Below, one piece after another: positions 34,607 to 39,773 of a stretch of 39,773 nt of DNA. The position numbers and the translations under genes were made by a program. Source of the stretch: an uncultured archaeon (GTDB taxonomy: Archaea; Asgardarchaeota; Lokiarchaeia; Sigyniarchaeales; SOKP01); the NCBI GenBank assembly GCA_964583985.1, contig CAZOYD010000029.1:1-39773 (forward strand), written 5' to 3'. Position 1 is the first letter of the stretch. Every line of letters starts with the position of its first letter. The notes under the pieces were generated by a model. That model ran no database searches, was not told where the DNA came from, and worked only from the letters and a program-made list of their open reading frames with translations.

Positions 34607-35699
34607 TTATATCACTCAATACGTTATTTCTATCAAATGGAATAAATATGTCGTCTAAAATCGATCCCGATGATTCGGTAATTTTTAGATTCGATACAAT
34701 TGGTTCAAATTCACCTTTTAATAACCCATTAGCAATAAATGCCGCCCCTTGTGCAGCGCGTTTAGAGAGATGGCTGTAGGATTTCATTAATCTTACTGGA
34801 GCAATTTCTTTTAAATCAGAAATAATTGTTTCTTTAATAGGTATTACTTCTGCTCCTCGACCAGCTAATAATATTTCTTTAATTTTATCTTTCTCTGAAA
34901 AAGATGATGTAATTCCATATACTGCTTTATTAACGCTTGAAAAATAAGCATTTAGAGCCATCTTAGTTCTTTCATCCTTTTGTGCTAGTAATGTTATTTC
35001 TTCCAGGCTTAAATCCTCGTAACCAGCAATAAATGAGACCCCACCCCGATAGATATCTTTTTTTCTTATATCTTTAATAAGATATGCTAATTCACCATCA
35101 AGGCTGCCACAAGCTCTAAATCCCATAATATTTGAACCACCTATCCCATCTATAATTTGTCCATTTTCTATTGCTAATACTGCTGTAAAACCATGACCAA
35201 TTTCCACCATTATAAAATTCGCGTTTATTGGGCTGAAATTTAATCTTTCAATCTGATCTCTTATGCCTGTTACTGCCGTACAGAGTTTATCAGCAGTTCC
35301 CATATCAATTTTATTTACTTTTCTGTATCTTGGAATAGTAGGTAAGTGTTTAACTCCTGGAACTATAACTCCGGGTAAATTTTCTTTTTGAAATAATTTT
35401 AAGACTTTACTTAATCCAAGCAGCTGACTTTTTTCTTCTAAATTAGACTTCAATGAAGTTAAAAACAGATCCTCTTCTGTTAATTCATTAACTTTTTTTA
35501 ACGGAAGTCCAAAACCGCTTGGAGCTACGATTAAGTCAATTTTTTCAATTGTTTTTATTATTGTTATTGCTTTTTCAGGACTATTTATTATCTCTTTTGA
35601 TGGGATTGAAGCATCTAAAATAATTTCCTTTCCATTCAAACCAAAGAAATCCCAACTCAATGATCCAGGATCTACGCCAATAACGGTTAGAGGTGCCAT
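34602..35699 (-). CDS. DUF1464 family ASKHA-fold (butyrate kinase-like) protein
   Basis: IGVDPGS.SWD, APSGFGLP, NKIDMGTADK, IIDGIGG, GSLDGELAY, AAQGAA..ANGL. Confidence 0.8.
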   Translation of the reverse strand: MAPLTVIGVDPGSLSWDFFGLNGKEIILDASIPSKEIINSPEKAITIIKTIEKIDLIVAPSGFGLPLKKVNELTEEDLFLTSLKSNLEEKSQLLGLSKVLKLFQKENLPGVIVPGVKHLPTIPRYRKVNKIDMGTADKLCTAVTGIRDQIERLNFSPINANFIMVEIGHGFTAVLAIENGQIIDGIGGSNIMGFRACGSLDGELAYLIKDIRKKDIYRGGVSFIAGYEDLSLEEITLLAQKDERTKMALNAYFSSVNKAVYGITSSFSEKDKIKEILLAGRGAEVIPIKETIISDLKEIAPVRLMKSYSHLSKRAAQGAAFIANGLLKGEFEPIVSNLKITESSGSILDDIFIPFDRNNVLSDIN

Positions 35700-35824
35700 C
35701 TTTTTTAAAAAAAATATCGAATGTAAACTATTGAAATAATTAATTTCTATTTTTGCTAATTATGAAATTGTAATAATCCATTTTATTTATATTAAAAATA
35801 ATATTTTTAATTGATGAATAGAAG

Positions 35825-36511
35825 ATGGTCAATCTTCAAGATTATAATTTAGAACAAGATTGTCTCTATGAGGTTCTGGCATGCACTATTTCAAAAAAGG
35901 ATGAAATTATATATCCAAATACTGCTTCTATGGGCATAAGAATACTTAATGATAAATCGATCAAAATACACCCATATCATAATACTCAAACTCATAAAAA
36001 TATAAAAGAATTTAGAGTATTATCTCTCAATTTCATTGATGATGTGGCTCTTTTTGCCCAAACTTCCTTAAAAGAATTTAAAGTGGATTTTAGTGGTATT
36101 CCCATTGAAGATTATTTCTATTACAGTTACCATCATAAAGGAAACAGCTTTAAAATCCCCTATTTAAGGCAAGCTTGGATGGTATTAATCTGTAATGTAG
36201 TGAAAGAAACTCAAATTGTGAAACAAGATAATTTTGGGAATATAGATTTGACCGAATTTGAATTACAAATAGTTCATTCTACCAAATTAAGAGAATCATT
36301 CAAATTATACAATAGAGCAGAGAATCTTGCATTGGAATGTATCATCCTTGCGACCAGATTGAAGATTGCTAAAGAAAATGACGATAATGCAGTATATTTA
36401 AAAATTGAAGCTCAAATTCATAAGTATTTTGATATGATCTCGAAATTTGGAAGAAATTTGAGTGTTTTAAGAGCATTGGATAGTGTAAAAGAGTATATTA
36501 AATCGTTATAG
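35825..36511 (+). CDS. DUF447 family protein
   Basis: YEVLACT..PNTASMGI, T.KNI, LNFIDD, YNRAE...LE..I.ATRL. Confidence 0.75.
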   Translation: MVNLQDYNLEQDCLYEVLACTISKKDEIIYPNTASMGIRILNDKSIKIHPYHNTQTHKNIKEFRVLSLNFIDDVALFAQTSLKEFKVDFSGIPIEDYFYYSYHHKGNSFKIPYLRQAWMVLICNVVKETQIVKQDNFGNIDLTEFELQIVHSTKLRESFKLYNRAENLALECIILATRLKIAKENDDNAVYLKIEAQIHKYFDMISKFGRNLSVLRALDSVKEYIKSL

Positions 36512-36516
36512 CATTC

Positions 36517-36909
36517 TTACAATTCTTCGATTTTTTCTATAAACATTAATGGATATTGTAATTTTTCAATCCATTCAATTTTAGCCACTACTCGAATCGA
36601 TTTATATTCAATAATTACAGTAACTTTAATTTTTTCACCACTTATCTCATCATAATCAAGCTCTGTAGATTTATCTCCCACAATTTTATCTTTTATAATA
36701 TTTAATTTCACTGATTTTACATACGGTTGACAAGTTATTGAAGCCTCGAATCCTTTTTCAATTGATTCTATTATTTTCTGATCAGAAGAAATTGGAACAC
36801 CACTTAATAAATGATATAGTGCTCCTAATTTGATACCAATTTCAAAAGTAGCTCGCTCTCTATCACTTAAATCGGGAGAAAAATATTCACTTTCATCATG
36901 ATCTTTCAT
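36517..36909 (-). CDS. mptD: Archaeal dihydroneopterin aldolase (DUF381)
   Basis: SDRERATFEIGIKLGALYH...GVP, QPYV, YPLMFI. Confidence 0.88.
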   Translation of the reverse strand: MKDHDESEYFSPDLSDRERATFEIGIKLGALYHLLSGVPISSDQKIIESIEKGFEASITCQPYVKSVKLNIIKDKIVGDKSTELDYDEISGEKIKVTVIIEYKSIRVVAKIEWIEKLQYPLMFIEKIEEL

Positions 36910-37922
36910 TCTTTATCATCCAAAAATTCGATTTTAGCTCCAGTATTGTTTGGTTTACAAATATAAATATGGCCCCCAATATTTTTTAATCTTTTTTGCA
37001 CTTCCTTCAGTAAACTTGCAGTAGTATCTTCATTTTCTGTAATTCCTATAACACTTGGACCAAAAGATGACATCCCATAAGCTTTTAAGCCATAATCATC
37101 GAAAAATTTTAATAAGTCCTTGACGATTTGATGTTGTAAACTAATTTCAACTTTTTTAAATCCTATATTTTGAATACGCTTTAAGCCTTCTCCAAAACAA
37201 TCAAGATTATTTTTTATCAAACCAGGTATTAATTTCATTAAAATTTGATGTGAAACTTCGTTTACTTCCTCCTTAGGAATGGGAGCATGAGATTGGAATA
37301 TGCTAATTTCTTCATCTCCATAAGCTCCCTTTTTTACATTTGGTATGACTAATAAAAAACTCCAATTTTTTGGAATAGGGTATCTCAATAGGGTGATTGC
37401 GGGATCGGCATTTACTGATGCCGAAGAAGGGAGAAATGTTTCTTTTTCTTTTCCCTTACCGAAATCATGTCCCGCATCTAATATAAATCCTCCCTCTTCA
37501 AAACCTCGCCATCCAATACCGGAAGTACCGCCTCTCTCAACTAATTTAGTTAGATCACTCAAGGATAGATCTGATAAATTTTTCAATTTTGTTATTGCAG
37601 TGGCGATTGCTAAAGATAATTGGGTTTTCGACCCAAGGCCTACGTGAGAGGGATAGTATTGTTTCAAATGAAAATGAAAATTTTTATTATTTACATTAAA
37701 TGCTTTGAAAATTTTAGAAGCTTTTTCATTAATAACTTCTATTGATTCACGATAATATTTATGAGCTTCAATCTTAAATTCTTGAGCATTATTCGAGGCT
37801 TCAAATACAACATTTGGACGATTTAACATAAGTCCAATTCCTCCATCAACTCTTCCCGTATACCCATTTTCATCAATTAAGGAAAGATGAATCCGACAAG
37901 GAGTTGTAATTCTGATTCTCAT
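36906..37922 (-). CDS. mptG: Beta-ribofuranosylaminobenzene 5'-phosphate (RFAP) synthase, GHMP family
   Basis: TPCRIHLSLID, RVDGGIG, HVGLGSKTQL, RGGTSGIG, GGFILDAGH, GMSSFGP; ATG at 37922. Confidence 0.9.
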   Translation of the reverse strand: MRIRITTPCRIHLSLIDENGYTGRVDGGIGLMLNRPNVVFEASNNAQEFKIEAHKYYRESIEVINEKASKIFKAFNVNNKNFHFHLKQYYPSHVGLGSKTQLSLAIATAITKLKNLSDLSLSDLTKLVERGGTSGIGWRGFEEGGFILDAGHDFGKGKEKETFLPSSASVNADPAITLLRYPIPKNWSFLLVIPNVKKGAYGDEEISIFQSHAPIPKEEVNEVSHQILMKLIPGLIKNNLDCFGEGLKRIQNIGFKKVEISLQHQIVKDLLKFFDDYGLKAYGMSSFGPSVIGITENEDTTASLLKEVQKRLKNIGGHIYICKPNNTGAKIEFLDDKE

Positions 37923-38196
37923 TTTAATAAAGCACTCTAAATTCAAAACTAATATTATGAATAATCAAACTAATATAAATATACTATAATTAAGATTGAG
38001 GTGAAAACTTCTTTTCTATATTTTTTAGGTAATTATGCCAATTTAAATCGAAAAGAACAAAACAATTAAAAAAGGGATTTATTATATTATATTTTGGAGT
38101 TGAATGGATTTGATTTTTTTACGTTATTGTTAAATTTAGTTGTGCGCCATAAAAATTAAATAATATAAATTCACGTTTAAAAACCGTGGGAACAAA

Positions 38197-38586
38197 ATGG
38201 TAAATATCCTAATTGTAGAAGATGATCATTCTTTACGTTTATTATATGAGAAAGCTTTAATTTTAAAAGGGTATAATGTGATTGGTTCGGCGAAAGATGG
38301 TGAAGAAGCTGTAAACCTTTATAAAAATTTCAAAAACAAGCCTGACATTATTTTAATGGATCATAGAATGCCCGTTAAGAATGGTATCGAAGCTACAAAG
38401 GAGATATTGGCAAATTCTAATGAGACGAAACCAAAAATCATATTTGCAAGTGCTGATAAGACAATTAAACAGATAGCTTTATCTATAGGAGCTACCAGTT
38501 TTAAAGATAAACCATTTACATTGGAGAGATTATTTAAAAACATAAATAAAGCATTGAGTATAGAACATTCGGATCTTATTCAGTAG
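38197..38586 (+). CDS. Single-domain response regulator (CheY-like receiver)
   Basis: ILIVEDD, PDIILMDHRMPVKNG, FASA, KPF. Confidence 0.93.
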   Translation: MVNILIVEDDHSLRLLYEKALILKGYNVIGSAKDGEEAVNLYKNFKNKPDIILMDHRMPVKNGIEATKEILANSNETKPKIIFASADKTIKQIALSIGATSFKDKPFTLERLFKNINKALSIEHSDLIQ

Positions 38587-38723
38587 CATATCAGATTCAT
38601 GATTTTACTTTTTCTACTTGCTTTTCTAGTATAATTAATGATAAATAAACGAAATTTATAATAACGGAATTGGATGAATTATATTTGAATAAACTTATTA
38701 AATAAAAAAAGAAGTGATAGAAA

Positions 38724-39665
38724 ATTAGTCAGATTCAAATAACATTACCTAATGACCCCGAAAATTATATCCAAACGATATTAGATGTATTGAAAAATGA
38801 GTTAAAAATCAAAAATATTATATTAATAAAAGGAGTAGATAATTCACTCATTATAATTAGAAGTAATAGAATGATGGTACCAGAAATAGTTAAGAATCTA
38901 AATAAGAATGGAGTCGGAACAATTCATGGAATAATTGATATTTTATCACTTAAGGCATCAATTCCAGAAATCACTTTAAATGAAGAAGAACAGGAAAAAA
39001 AGATTCTAACGCAAAGAGTTACAATTGAGGAGATTAAGAAAAATTTAGAAGACACTTCGACATTCAGTCCTGATTTTTTTGTCTTTGTATTTTTATCCGC
39101 GTTAGTTGCCGGAGTAGGATTAATCTTAAATTCTGGAATTATACTTATCGCTTCTATGATTTTATCTCCGTTAATGAGTCCGATTTTGGGAGTTTCTTTC
39201 GGGATAGCAATTAAGGAATTCAAAATGGTAAAGATTGGATTTTTAGAACAGATTTTAGGTTTACTTATTTCAATTGGTACTGGTATGCTAATAGGTGTAT
39301 TAGGGTTGGTCTTTCTAACACCTCCAACTATTACGGCACAAATGGTTGGGAGAGGATATCCTAATTTATTTGATTTAATTGTAGCAATCTGTGCGGGTAT
39401 TGCTGTCGGAATTGGAATCACTGGAAGTATCAAAACTTCATTAATTGGAGTAGCCATTGCCGTTGCATTAATGCCTCCTGTTGTGAATATAGGTCTTGCT
39501 ATCATGTATAATGATCCCCAGCTTTCTTTGGGAAGTTTTATCCTATTGCTCATGAATATAATAGCTATTAATATTTGCGCATTGATTGTATTTAAGCTAA
39601 AAAGGATAACGACTTTACCAAAAGCTTATATTTTTTGGGAAGGAACTAAAGAAATACCTGATTAA
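38724..39665 (+). CDS. DUF389/TIGR00341 family membrane protein; probable ATT start at 38724 (ORF track gives 38790)
   Basis: GLILNS..ILIASMILSPLMSPI, LIGVAIAVALMPP; in-frame extension (I)SQIQITLP behind AAGTGA. Confidence 0.85.
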   Translation: MSQIQITLPNDPENYIQTILDVLKNELKIKNIILIKGVDNSLIIIRSNRMMVPEIVKNLNKNGVGTIHGIIDILSLKASIPEITLNEEEQEKKILTQRVTIEEIKKNLEDTSTFSPDFFVFVFLSALVAGVGLILNSGIILIASMILSPLMSPILGVSFGIAIKEFKMVKIGFLEQILGLLISIGTGMLIGVLGLVFLTPPTITAQMVGRGYPNLFDLIVAICAGIAVGIGITGSIKTSLIGVAIAVALMPPVVNIGLAIMYNDPQLSLGSFILLLMNIIAINICALIVFKLKRITTLPKAYIFWEGTKEIPD

Positions 39666-39773
39666 ATATATACTATTAGAGAGATTTTCTAATTTTTTAA
39701 GAGATTCGTTCCGTAAGCTTGAGATCTTTATGAAAGATTAACAATCCACATTTGAAGATTATTGATGATCTAA

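Noticed and set aside
38924-39553. 209-aa antisense ORF
   Set aside because: It is the shadow of the hydrophobic DUF389 gene on the opposite strand and has no motifs.
39666-39773. Possible gene end at the window edge
   Set aside because: Only a short open frame with no recognisable motif.

Overview
AT-rich archaeal chromosomal window. It is most consistent with an Asgard archaeon (Lokiarchaeia-like): archaeal-type AlaRS, DTD2, MptA/MptD/MptG and CofG/CofH sit alongside eukaryotic-signature proteins (Rab-like GTPase, E1/E2/RING/JAMM). Highlights: (1) A complete ubiquitin-like conjugation locus at about 18.1-25.8 kb. It has two paralogous acidic-tailed Ubls ending in a masked single-Gly ...IPASTAG|tail, a membrane-anchored non-conjugatable Ubl, a wHTH regulator, a UBA3/UBA2-type E1, an E2 with insertions, a CSN5/Rpn11-type JAMM protease and a 6-TM membrane RING E3. 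(2) An unannotated 24-aa Ile-rich leader peptide with paired RNA elements upstream of a type-2 ileS, resembling ribosome-mediated attenuation. (3) Several genes that appear to start at ATT/ATA codons behind SD-like motifs. (4) An F420/methanopterin/riboflavin cofactor cluster at 27.5-37.9 kb with uncharacterised members. No rRNA, tRNA, CRISPR array or mobile element was recognised. All assignments are by eye from motifs; no searches were run.
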